Shown here: piece after piece, positions 35,850 through 45,245 of the stretch
Numbering within the stretch: the first letter of the stretch is position 1
Layout: the number at the start of each line of letters is the position of its first letter
Source of the DNA: a virus
Taxonomy: Duplodnaviria > Caudoviricetes
Virus record (IMG/VR): IMGVR_UViG_3300033994_001593
Coordinates: 1 to 61,906 of that record
Length of the DNA: 61,906 nt
Strand: one strand, 5' to 3'
Program-made: the position numbers and the translations under genes
Notes under the pieces: generated by a model
What the model was told of the DNA's origin: nothing
The model's input: only the letters and a program-made list of their open reading frames with translations
Databases searched by the model: none

Positions 35850-38800
35850 TTTCTGCCACTCCGTTGACGGTCAGGCTATGCAGGACGAACGGCTGCTCGG
35901 TCTTGATGCCGGGATCCGGAACCCAAAAGTTTGACCGCTTCCACGGGCTGGACTGCTCAGGGCGGGCATACAGCTCCACTTGGAGGTGCTGGTCTTCCCC
36001 TGTCAGGTCGGTGTGGACGCGGCTGGCGAACTTGGCCTTGGCAACGCCCGTCGCGAAGCCGAGGGCCGACGCGAGCCGGTTGGTATTGAGGACGGTGCTG
36101 GCGCTGTCCTGGCGGTGGGAAAATCCCCCTGGCCCACCAACTGATCGGCGGGCCACGTTGGGCCGCATCTCGACGCGGCCATTGAACCGCTCGATCAGCT
36201 CGACATCCTTGTCGCCAGCGGTCGGGGTGTAGACCACCGTAACCGAGCGGTCGATGAGCATGTCGCCGCCCTTTACGTTCTCCTCGTTGGCGAGCTGCAT
36301 GTATCCCGTCGCCATCCGGAACGGGATGTGGATGCGGTAGGGCTTGCGGAACGTGACATCCATCACGGTGCCGCCCAGCTCAAGGTAGTTCGTGGACGTT
36401 CCAGGCTCGTTGGTACGGGCCGCGCCGAAGAGCATCGACACCGGGGTGCCATCGGGATGCTCGAGGTGGATGTCCTTGCCGTCGATGCGGGACACGAATG
36501 CGTTGAGCGGGATGAAGTCGCCAATGGCCTCCATGCCGATCTCGACCGGGGGCGGCTCGTTGGTGATCGGGCGAAGGCTCTGAGTAAACAGGGAACCGCC
36601 GGCCTCGGTCATCAGCGGGGAGTTGGCCTCTCGCTGGAGCTGTGCCGTGCGAGCCGGGTCGAGCCGCACAAACGATTCACCCTGCGATACGGTGCAACCG
36701 CGAACCACCCGCGGCGTCACCGAGAAGTTCGCGAAGGCCACCGCTTGAACGCCACCAGGCTCGGGCGGGCCGATGGTCAGCTTGATCGGGTAGTACTCGA
36801 CGCCGCCGAGAACACGGCCGTCGTGCGATGCGAGAAGCAGGCCGCTTTCCGTGGTCAGCTCCAGACCGCCCCTGGCCCGCCAGCCGGGGTTCTGGATTAC
36901 CACATCCACCAGCCGACCCTCGCTCACGACGCCCTGGACGGTGGCCCCCTCGCAATTTGGAACCGTGATGGTCGGAGCCTCGCGGTATCCCGACCCGCCT
37001 TCGGTCACAAAGCAATCGGTGATCGTGTCGTTCGCGTGGTCGCTGTCGCCCGAGATTTCGTAGAGGTTGCCGTCCACCGCCCCGAGCAGGATGGTGTTGA
37101 TCCGCGAGTCACCGGGGCGGCCCGTGCAGGCGGCCGCGAGGGAATTGGGGTAGCTCTCTGTCCACCATGTCTTCGCTTGGATGTCGAAGCACATGGCGAT
37201 CGAGGGCGTGTCGGTGGGGTTGGACTTCAAGCAGCAGAAGAACCGCAGGATGTGTGTCCGCGGATCAGACTGAAGGAAGAAGGTTTCCCGCTTTCCGAAG
37301 TCGATCAGCTCGCTCACGAAGAAATCGCGGATCGGGGTGCTGATGTCTGCGACCTCACCGTTGCGACTCATCGCATAGATGCCAGACTCGTCGGCTGCGT
37401 AGAGGACATTCTCATGGATGTCCCAGCACCTTTGATGCAGGCACCCGCGGTGCGACATCATCTGAATGGAGGCGTCGATGGCTGGGTCGGTGTTGTAGGC
37501 GACTGCATAGGTGTGCGTGTGTTGCATCGCCAGCAGCATTGAGCCGAACGGAACAAGCGAGGTGAGAACGTCGGTCGATTTTTGATTGTTCTGGATCGGC
37601 AGCTCGTTCACATCCGGCATCGACTCAAACTCATCGAACTCGGAGTAGTAGAGAGTGTTGGCTCCCTCGCCGCTGGTGGATACGCCCATCCACAAGCGAT
37701 CTTGGAACGCCACGGCTACCGACATATCACTCCGCGGCTTGCCGAACCGATAGGCATTGACGCTGCCGTTGGGCAGGACAATCGGCATCGCGGCGTAGTT
37801 AGCCCGCTCTGGATCAAACAGCGACTCATCTGTAAGCGTATCGGTGCCAACGATCTGCACTCCGTTGCTGGACGGCAGGCCATAGGCTTCGAGTCGATAA
37901 AAGATGAGCGACTGATCGGCGCTCGTCCTCCATAGCTCCACCATGTCTGCCCGAGCAGGGGGCGTTACGCCGGGGAGCGACCACTCCATCTTGGAGGAGT
38001 GTGAGCGGTCATCATTGGGGCCGGCATCCACATCGGTGATGGGCGAGAGATCGCTGTAGGAGATCGGCTTCGACATGTCCCGCACCAAGGCGGTCGTGGA
38101 CTGCCCCTGCGTGAGCGCCGTGATCTCCCGGTCGATCTCCACTTGAGTGTTCGCGATGCTCTTTACCCTTGAGCCGAAGGGAAGGGCTGACGAGTCCAGC
38201 ACCATCCCAGGCTCAATGCCCGAAACGTCGGAGAGCGTAAGCGTTGTGGCCGACTCTCCACGGGTTGCCGTGACCGTCTTGATCACAGTTTCCGAGCGAT
38301 CTACGAACCGATACGCGCACCGATACTTGCCCCGCATGGTCGGCCGCATGACGGGCGTGAGCTGGGCGGCGCGGGCCGGGGTGAACAGCTCGGGGGCCAC
38401 CGTGTAGCCCAGGCCGGGGTCGATGATACGCACCGACTCAATGCGGCCGTTCTCCACCCGCGGCTCGACCGACAGGCCGTACCCCTGCCCACCACCTCGC
38501 ACCTCAATGGTGGGCGGCGAGAAGTAGTTCCTGCCCTTGTTGCGGATGACCACCTGAGAGATGTGGCCCTGCGCGGTGGCCGAGAGCGTTTGAAGGGTGG
38601 TTGCCGTCCACGTTATCGTCTGGGCCGGCGTGGCCTGGGCGACCGTCTGGGTGAGTCCACGCCTATAGAGCGTGAGCGAACCCGTCTGTCCGTTGGAGTA
38701 CCCGTCGCCGGGGATGGTGACTTGAACGGGAGTGATCAGCGTGTTCGGCGGCCCATGCGGCGTCAGGTTGTCGGGCGTGTTCGCCGTGAGGCGATACTCA

Positions 38801-40866
38801 ATGAAGCGGCCATTGGGGTTGTACGGGCCATGCCCCACCCGCACCGTATCCCTGACGGTGGACGTGTTGTAGTCCACATGCTGGGCATACGGATTGGCTT
38901 GATAGATGCGGAACGCGAACAAGGCGCCGTTCTGCCACCCGCGGCCGGCGTCGGTGATCGTGATTGAGCTGGCGGTGGCCGCTGCCCCGTCTGGCGTGAT
39001 GCCAACGATCGGTCGGCTGGCTGGCGTTGCGGGCGACCACCACGACAGTCGATTGGTCTGGGCCTCCTTCACGCTTGTCGGACGGCATTGACCGTCGCTG
39101 ACCACCCACGACTCGGGGCATTCGGTGAGCGGGATCCTGACCTCGGGAGCCACGGCATCCGGAAACTCATCAAAGGCTTCGAGCCTGGTGGCGATGGCCG
39201 CACCGCCCAGGCTCTTGATCGACTTTGCTCGAGCAGAAGGCCGAAGGCGAAACCGCAGATACTTGGCAGTGACGCCGCCAATTGTTTCCTGCGTGACATC
39301 GACATCGGCCCGCGTCCACTGACTCAAGTTATTGGAGTAGACTCCGGTGCAGAACCAGACGCTTATCTTGCTGTAGTCGGGGAAGTACACATCAGCTCGC
39401 CGGCCGTTCACCGATCCGGAGAAGCCGCGGACGAACTGACTCCCGCTGGCCTGCAAGCCGCCGTATCGCGAGTTCTCGGCGCTATTGGCACGATCCTCCA
39501 AGGAACCTTCCCAGTACTCTCCATAGAGGTAGCGGGCAAACGTGTCTGTGACCGCGACCGATGAGGTGCTGGCGGTGCTGAGTCCGTACCCCAATGCCTG
39601 GGGCGAGAACTCGACCGTCGCGTGCGCACCCTCGCCCGTCGTGGAAGACGAGGTCAGCGGGATGGTGGCGTAGAACCGGCGGAGGTCGGCATCGTACTCG
39701 GCCTTCGCTTCACTGATCTGCGTCGGCCGCGAGAAGGATGCCTCATAGGCCGTACCAGCCACCGGCGCCCACGTTGAATTGGAAATCGTGACCGTCGAGT
39801 TAGCGGTGTTTATCGCCGTGACCGTCACCGTCGAGGAGTTAAACGGGGCCATCGCGGGGTACATTCGCACGATGTCACCGACCGCGATGCCAGCCACGCT
39901 GTTCAGCGTCAGCACCGCACCACTGTTCGCCCGCACTTTCTCGGTGGCAACCCGCGGCGCCGACAGGTAGAGAATGCTGTTGCCGTCTGTGCCGTTGGTT
40001 GATCCGTAGGTTTCGGTTGAGGTGGCAGCGGTGCCGGTGACCGTGCCAGCCGCCGTCTCGCTGAACCCAGCCATCACGCGAGCCGTGGTGGAGATTTCGC
40101 CGTAGGCCCGGAAGCCCGTTCCGATCTTGTCGATGGCCGCCTTCAGCTCGGGCTGGCCCTGGTAGTTGGCGCCGCCGTCGAGGATATCGACTCCCACCAC
40201 GTTGCCGTTCTGGACAACCGACTTCAGCTTGGCTGGCCGGTCGGGGGTGCCGCCGATGATGGTGATCTCTGGCGGATCGTAGTAGGCACCACCGCCCTCC
40301 TTCACATCGATGCTTTCGATGTAGTAGCCCGACCCCGATGCCGTGACCGAGGGAGCTGAGAGCGGTGCGTCCAGCCCCATGTCGAGGGCCACGTTCCCCA
40401 GGTCGAACGGCCGGTACATCTTGGGCCTGGCACCGTGGCCGTAGACGATGAACATCCTGCCGTGGCGGTCTTCTGCTACACAGAAGTTGGCGATATTCGT
40501 CAGGTTGTTGGGAGAGAGCGGCTGGGTATCGATGACGCGAGCCTGGTTGCCATCGACCCGGCGGATCATCCAGACATACTCAAACGGATCCTCCAGGGCG
40601 TTCATCTGGGAGATCGTGAGTGATCGACGCACCCGAACCTTCTGAAACCAGAGGAAGTCAGATGGGCTTCCGAGGATGGACGCACGGCGGTAGAGGCCGT
40701 AGATAGTCTCATCGTCATACTTGCCGTAGATCTTCCGCAGCCCCTTGCGAGCGATCAGCATCCCCGGCCGGCGCGACTGAAGGTTGTTGAGGACGCGCAG
40801 CTCCCCCGGCCGCAGCAGATACTGCGAGGCGTCCTCGTTGTACCCAAGCCACTGCCTTATCTTCAT
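35839..40866 (-). CDS. Large tail nozzle / stabilisation-like protein with inserted beta-repeats
   Basis: 1675 aa; beta-propeller-like segments (FQDRLW...LYYSE); repeated I...GxGY..xP motifs; follows adaptor-like gene. Confidence 0.65.
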   Translation of the reverse strand: MKIRQWLGYNEDASQYLLRPGELRVLNNLQSRRPGMLIARKGLRKIYGKYDDETIYGLYRRASILGSPSDFLWFQKVRVRRSLTISQMNALEDPFEYVWMIRRVDGNQARVIDTQPLSPNNLTNIANFCVAEDRHGRMFIVYGHGARPKMYRPFDLGNVALDMGLDAPLSAPSVTASGSGYYIESIDVKEGGGAYYDPPEITIIGGTPDRPAKLKSVVQNGNVVGVDILDGGANYQGQPELKAAIDKIGTGFRAYGEISTTARVMAGFSETAAGTVTGTAATSTETYGSTNGTDGNSILYLSAPRVATEKVRANSGAVLTLNSVAGIAVGDIVRMYPAMAPFNSSTVTVTAINTANSTVTISNSTWAPVAGTAYEASFSRPTQISEAKAEYDADLRRFYATIPLTSSSTTGEGAHATVEFSPQALGYGLSTASTSSVAVTDTFARYLYGEYWEGSLEDRANSAENSRYGGLQASGSQFVRGFSGSVNGRRADVYFPDYSKISVWFCTGVYSNNLSQWTRADVDVTQETIGGVTAKYLRFRLRPSARAKSIKSLGGAAIATRLEAFDEFPDAVAPEVRIPLTECPESWVVSDGQCRPTSVKEAQTNRLSWWSPATPASRPIVGITPDGAAATASSITITDAGRGWQNGALFAFRIYQANPYAQHVDYNTSTVRDTVRVGHGPYNPNGRFIEYRLTANTPDNLTPHGPPNTLITPVQVTIPGDGYSNGQTGSLTLYRRGLTQTVAQATPAQTITWTATTLQTLSATAQGHISQVVIRNKGRNYFSPPTIEVRGGGQGYGLSVEPRVENGRIESVRIIDPGLGYTVAPELFTPARAAQLTPVMRPTMRGKYRCAYRFVDRSETVIKTVTATRGESATTLTLSDVSGIEPGMVLDSSALPFGSRVKSIANTQVEIDREITALTQGQSTTALVRDMSKPISYSDLSPITDVDAGPNDDRSHSSKMEWSLPGVTPPARADMVELWRTSADQSLIFYRLEAYGLPSSNGVQIVGTDTLTDESLFDPERANYAAMPIVLPNGSVNAYRFGKPRSDMSVAVAFQDRLWMGVSTSGEGANTLYYSEFDEFESMPDVNELPIQNNQKSTDVLTSLVPFGSMLLAMQHTHTYAVAYNTDPAIDASIQMMSHRGCLHQRCWDIHENVLYAADESGIYAMSRNGEVADISTPIRDFFVSELIDFGKRETFFLQSDPRTHILRFFCCLKSNPTDTPSIAMCFDIQAKTWWTESYPNSLAAACTGRPGDSRINTILLGAVDGNLYEISGDSDHANDTITDCFVTEGGSGYREAPTITVPNCEGATVQGVVSEGRLVDVVIQNPGWRARGGLELTTESGLLLASHDGRVLGGVEYYPIKLTIGPPEPGGVQAVAFANFSVTPRVVRGCTVSQGESFVRLDPARTAQLQREANSPLMTEAGGSLFTQSLRPITNEPPPVEIGMEAIGDFIPLNAFVSRIDGKDIHLEHPDGTPVSMLFGAARTNEPGTSTNYLELGGTVMDVTFRKPYRIHIPFRMATGYMQLANEENVKGGDMLIDRSVTVVYTPTAGDKDVELIERFNGRVEMRPNVARRSVGGPGGFSHRQDSASTVLNTNRLASALGFATGVAKAKFASRVHTDLTGEDQHLQVELYARPEQSSPWKRSNFWVPDPGIKTEQPFVLHSLTVNGVAENAE

Positions 40867-42116
40867 GTCACATCCGGCTGGATGGATGAGTACCAGCCCG
40901 CCGATCGGGCCGTTGAGAACGTGTAGCCGCTGGGCCGACCAGAGAGCGGGGCCACGTTGTCGAACTCCATTGCGAGGCGAAGGTCGCGGGTGAACACCAC
41001 CATCGCCTCATTGAACGGCTTGCCGGCCATGCGGGCATACCACATCTCGCAGGCACTCAAGATCGCCGTGTACATCTGCGGGCTGGCATCAATCACATCA
41101 GTGATCGAATACTTCGTGTTGGCCGGCAGCGTCACCGCTTCGCTCGAGTACAGAATGCTGGGGGATGGGGTGGTGTTGCCGACCACGCCGCCGTCATACT
41201 CGTCGGGGTTCGGGATCCCATACGGGCCTGGGCGGTTGTAGACCGTCTCGCTGCTCACATAGAGGCTGGTTGCGGAGTTCCATTTCTCGATCCGCCGCTC
41301 CATCACGAACGGCATGGTGGAGCCAGATGGGTCTGCCTCCATGCCCGCGGAGCCGAAGCGGATGTATGCCCCCGCACAATCCTGCGGAAATGCCGTACCC
41401 ACCCCGGTGACGGTCGGGACATTGATGGAGTTCGGGAGCGTCAGGCTCACGGTTCCCTGCCGGCAGAGCCTCTCATAGCCCATGTATTTGATTGGCTTGG
41501 GGGCAGCTCGGTAGGTGTAATGCACCACCGTTCCGGCCGCCGGGACGCCAACAAACCGCACTTGGTAGCGATCTGGTTCACTATCTGACCGCATTACGGT
41601 GTAGTAGTAGGGTTCACCGGAGCCGCGGGTGTTGACCTCGAGCCGCTGCCACTCTTGGGGAGTCAGGTAGCAGTGCAGCGTCCCGACCGTATTGGTCACC
41701 AGGGAGTCGATGTCTTTGAGGTCGGGCGGCAAATCGTAGTAGGTCTGCGGGTTGACCGTGACGCCGCTGCCCGTCTTGCTGGCCGCCACATCCACCGTGA
41801 CGATGTTGCCGTTGACGCCTTGGATGCGGATGGGGGTCGGGAAGTACTCGGCACTGACTTCCACCATCCGGCCGGGGATGAATCCCTTGGGGTCGGCCAC
41901 CGTGATGGTCTTGCTGCCTTGAGTGATCACCGCGGTGGTGGTGATCTGCTCGGTCGTGAACGATCCCGTGCGGGTGTGCCAGAGCCAGTTGCGGCACTGC
42001 ATCACCTCTCGAACACCGTGCGTGACGGCCTGCCGGATGGTCGCATGCTCCCCGTCCTGGGCGCCGCCGCCAGCACTGGAGAGCAGGAAGTAGACGAGGT
42101 CTTGGGCGGTGTTCAT
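40863..42116 (-). CDS. Head-tail adaptor / tail tubular protein A-like
   Basis: W.W...YDLPPD...GEPYYY...V.Y.Y pattern; position after portal. Confidence 0.6.
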   Translation of the reverse strand: MNTAQDLVYFLLSSAGGGAQDGEHATIRQAVTHGVREVMQCRNWLWHTRTGSFTTEQITTTAVITQGSKTITVADPKGFIPGRMVEVSAEYFPTPIRIQGVNGNIVTVDVAASKTGSGVTVNPQTYYDLPPDLKDIDSLVTNTVGTLHCYLTPQEWQRLEVNTRGSGEPYYYTVMRSDSEPDRYQVRFVGVPAAGTVVHYTYRAAPKPIKYMGYERLCRQGTVSLTLPNSINVPTVTGVGTAFPQDCAGAYIRFGSAGMEADPSGSTMPFVMERRIEKWNSATSLYVSSETVYNRPGPYGIPNPDEYDGGVVGNTTPSPSILYSSEAVTLPANTKYSITDVIDASPQMYTAILSACEMWYARMAGKPFNEAMVVFTRDLRLAMEFDNVAPLSGRPSGYTFSTARSAGWYSSIQPDVT

Positions 42117-42649
42117 TCCTTAACCTTCCTGCCGTACTTCTCCACGACCATCGCCCGAAGATCGCTGGTCTTCATTGAGGGATGGTTCTGCCGCTCGTGC
42201 CGCATCATCTCCTTGGTGAGACGCTCGCTGAGAGGCTTCGACTTGGGGCGATCGACCGGAGTTCCCTTATGCTCAACGGAACCCGACACGGTCAGATTCC
42301 GCTCCATCGCCACGCGGCGGATGTCATCCACCGAGGACACCCATGCCTTGGGGTCGGCCACGCCACGACTGTCAGCCAGCCCGCCTGCGTAGTACTTGCC
42401 GCTGACGCTGATCCCCGCTCGCTTTGCCAGAGTCACGATGTTTCGGGCGTGATCCTCTGGCATCTGGTCGAGCTGCTGGTTGTTCATCCGGCCCTCCATG
42501 AAGGCGCGGTCGGTTCCCTTCACCCCCGGCGGCCTCTGAAGGGCGCACATCTCGGCCCACCTTTCGGTCGCCCCTTCGGATCGCAACCTCACGAAGAACT
42601 CCTCCACGCTGCGGCCGGCGGCTCGGACTTCCGGAGGAACGTCGATCAT
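42113..42649 (-). CDS. Hypothetical protein
   Basis: ATG 42649 after AAAAGG; ATGA overlap with adaptor. Confidence 0.7.
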   Translation of the reverse strand: MIDVPPEVRAAGRSVEEFFVRLRSEGATERWAEMCALQRPPGVKGTDRAFMEGRMNNQQLDQMPEDHARNIVTLAKRAGISVSGKYYAGGLADSRGVADPKAWVSSVDDIRRVAMERNLTVSGSVEHKGTPVDRPKSKPLSERLTKEMMRHERQNHPSMKTSDLRAMVVEKYGRKVKE

Positions 42650-42905
42650 GCCTTTTGAGGTAGGCGAGGGCTTTCCCAACTCCATCAGAATCGTCTCCCA
42701 AGAGGGCTATGGCAGAGTTGCAGGCTTTGCACAGCAGCCCGCGGATGACATTCGTTTCATGGCAGTGATCTACGCACAGCAACTTTGCCTGGTCGCAGAT
42801 TTCGCACCTCCCCTTGTTTCTGGCCTCGAGGCGGCTAAATGCTGCCAGGGTGATTCCGTACCTCACCCATAGATTGGATTGGCGCTTTCGCAGAGCCTTG
42901 TCCAT
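42372..42905 (-). CDS. Endonuclease VII-type HNH nuclease (probable homing endonuclease)
   Basis: YGIT...CEIC...VDHCH...RGLLC..CN...AYL. Confidence 0.9.
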   Translation of the reverse strand: MDKALRKRQSNLWVRYGITLAAFSRLEARNKGRCEICDQAKLLCVDHCHETNVIRGLLCKACNSAIALLGDDSDGVGKALAYLKRHDRRSSGSPSRRPQRGGVLREVAIRRGDRKVGRDVRPSEAAGGEGNRPRLHGGPDEQPAARPDARGSRPKHRDSGKASGDQRQRQVLRRRAG

Positions 42906-42913
42906 CAGCTCAC

Positions 42914-44941
42914 TTAGGGCTGGAGTTCCTGCGGAATCTGAGGAGGCTCCTCCGGTGCCGGGAGGCCAGGAGGAGGATCCCCTGCCGCCGCAGCTCGGCC
43001 GTCAGTGGGAGGGAGTGGCGGCGGCGCGGCGGCAGGGGGGGCGGGTTGCGGAACCAGATACGGAGATGGGTCGATGTCGAGACTGTCGGCCCAATCCTTG
43101 ATGAGTGCGTTGAACGGATCCACCACGCCAGCCCCCACCAGGCCAGAGAGGATCGGCCCGAGCGTCTGCACGGCGAGCTGCATCTGCTCGACGCGGGTGG
43201 CCTTGTTCGGCTTCCTCGCACTGCCGGCCTCGACGCGATAGAGGAAGTCGCGAGTCAGGGCGACGATGTCACGCTGCATGACATGCTGCCCCCACGCCGC
43301 GGCCCCAAGCGGGCCAAGCACCGGCACGACATCCTGCGGCTCAAGCAGCCAGCGGGCGGCAAGGGCTTCGCGGCGAGACAGGAGGGACATGGTGTCCTCG
43401 AGTTCGTTCGCCATGTTGTCGGGCCGAACCGAGATGTTTTCGTTTTTGATGTTCGCTTCCGCAGCCGACCGGAACTGGTTTCTGGTGTAACCGTAGGCCA
43501 GCTCGGTGAGGCCGGTGCGCTGTGCGAACAGATCCGAAACCGCGCTGATGATATCCCAGAGATCCTTGGTGACTTGCGGGAACTGGAACACCGACATCAC
43601 ATCCTCAATGCGTCGGCCCAGCAACTCCGACAGTTCCACAATCTTGAAGCCACCCTCTGATGGAGAAAGGATCTGATCCTTGAGATCCTGGTCGGCCGCC
43701 TTCTGGACGGCCACCATCGTTTCGCATGACGTTGCGATGCGGGTTGCGAGGAACGACATCGCCCAGTTGAGCAGCCGCAGCTCACCGATCGCCGGCCGGA
43801 TGTGGCTGATGGGCCAGGCGTAACCAGGCTTCCAGTGGAAGGCCAGCGGCGTGAAGGGCCAGCCGTTCGGATCTGCATAGAAGGGGATAGGCCAAGAGGT
43901 GCGGGCCACCAGGCTCTGCGGGATGCCGAGCTGCGGATCGACTTCCTCGTCCATGACAGACGGCGGGATGTTCAAGGGGTATTGCACACCCTCGCACACC
44001 ACCAGATAGACATACTTGCCCAGGCTGTCGAAGACGCCCTTGTTTTCCTTGGGGGCGTCCTTGAAGCGGTCGCCCATCCCGCACTTGCTCCAGATCTTGT
44101 AGAAGGTCACCAGCTCGTTGGTGTTCTCGACCTTCTTCCTGCCCCGCGGCTCCCGGCCCAGCTTGGCTTCGTCCTTCTCGAGGTGCTTCTTCAGATCCTC
44201 GACGGGGATGCCGTAGGTGGCTGCGACCTCGAGCATCGGCCTGACGCACTTCTTGGCACACCAGAGCATGTCATCGGAGTTGTCGAAGTCGGGGTCGATT
44301 AGGAGGTTGTCCACCGAATCGTAGAACGAACCGACCATCCTCATGGGCGGCCGGCTGGAGTCGCCGCTGGTGTCGATGATGGTCATCTCTGTCCAGAAGA
44401 CGCCCATCCCCTTGACCATCGCCTCGTTGACCACGCGGCGGGCCTGCTTCTTCAAGTCCAGCTCAACCGGCGACCAGTTCAAATACGCTTCGATGAGCTT
44501 CGACGCGATGTCCCGCCCCTTCCGCTCCTGCTGTTCATGCATCGCGACTTGCATGACCTGTTGCTGCTCGGGCGTCAGGCCCATCGGGCCGGCCGGGGCG
44601 CTCATGCCGAACGCTTCTGGCGTGAGCTGCGGATGCCCCATCACCGTCACCGTTCGCACGGGATTGCGGTGATAGATGACTGAGCAAAAAATCTCCACCA
44701 GCTCGAACACCCGATTGAGCTGCATGCGGAAACTGGGCGGGGCGATGGACGAGTTGTACCCCCGCTCGCCGCGGGCGTAGCTGTCCTTCCACATCCAGTT
44801 ATGCTCGCCGTCGAAGAAGTTAGACGCTTCTTTCGCGTCATCATCGAACGGCTTCTTGTAGTCCTTCGCCGCCTTGAGCTTCTTCGTCCAAGTGCTGACG
44901 ATCTGGCGAAGCGGACTACTTGTTGGCAGCTTCTCGGCCAC
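42914..44941 (-). CDS. Portal protein
   Basis: 675 aa after TerL; LLIDPD, SAAEA, VEAGS, Pro-rich C-terminus like podoviral portals. Confidence 0.8.
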   Translation of the reverse strand: MAEKLPTSSPLRQIVSTWTKKLKAAKDYKKPFDDDAKEASNFFDGEHNWMWKDSYARGERGYNSSIAPPSFRMQLNRVFELVEIFCSVIYHRNPVRTVTVMGHPQLTPEAFGMSAPAGPMGLTPEQQQVMQVAMHEQQERKGRDIASKLIEAYLNWSPVELDLKKQARRVVNEAMVKGMGVFWTEMTIIDTSGDSSRPPMRMVGSFYDSVDNLLIDPDFDNSDDMLWCAKKCVRPMLEVAATYGIPVEDLKKHLEKDEAKLGREPRGRKKVENTNELVTFYKIWSKCGMGDRFKDAPKENKGVFDSLGKYVYLVVCEGVQYPLNIPPSVMDEEVDPQLGIPQSLVARTSWPIPFYADPNGWPFTPLAFHWKPGYAWPISHIRPAIGELRLLNWAMSFLATRIATSCETMVAVQKAADQDLKDQILSPSEGGFKIVELSELLGRRIEDVMSVFQFPQVTKDLWDIISAVSDLFAQRTGLTELAYGYTRNQFRSAAEANIKNENISVRPDNMANELEDTMSLLSRREALAARWLLEPQDVVPVLGPLGAAAWGQHVMQRDIVALTRDFLYRVEAGSARKPNKATRVEQMQLAVQTLGPILSGLVGAGVVDPFNALIKDWADSLDIDPSPYLVPQPAPPAAAPPPLPPTDGRAAAAGDPPPGLPAPEEPPQIPQELQP

Positions 44942-45245
44942 GTTGCTTCTCGCTCTTTTCTGGTGGTGCCATCAGCTCGCGAATCGCCTTGGCGCTGGAA
45001 GTGAAGTCCCAGACACCCAAGTCCTGCCAGCCGTGGTCGCCGTGGAGCGCCGGATCGTCCTTGTGATGGACGCTATTCCGCACCACGACATAGCCGGTTG
45101 GCGTGAACGTCAGGATGCTTATGGTCGAGTCGCCCGGTTCTGAGGCGACGAATCCCACGGTCGGGTCAGAAAAGGTGCGGTAGTCAGTGCTGAACAGCAC
45201 AAGGTCACCGATGTTCGGGATCGGCATCTGCCATTGATCACTCAT
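44916..45245 (-). CDS. Hypothetical protein
   Basis: GGAGG RBS; between TerL and portal. Confidence 0.7.
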   Translation of the reverse strand: MSDQWQMPIPNIGDLVLFSTDYRTFSDPTVGFVASEPGDSTISILTFTPTGYVVVRNSVHHKDDPALHGDHGWQDLGVWDFTSSAKAIRELMAPPEKSEKQRGREAANK

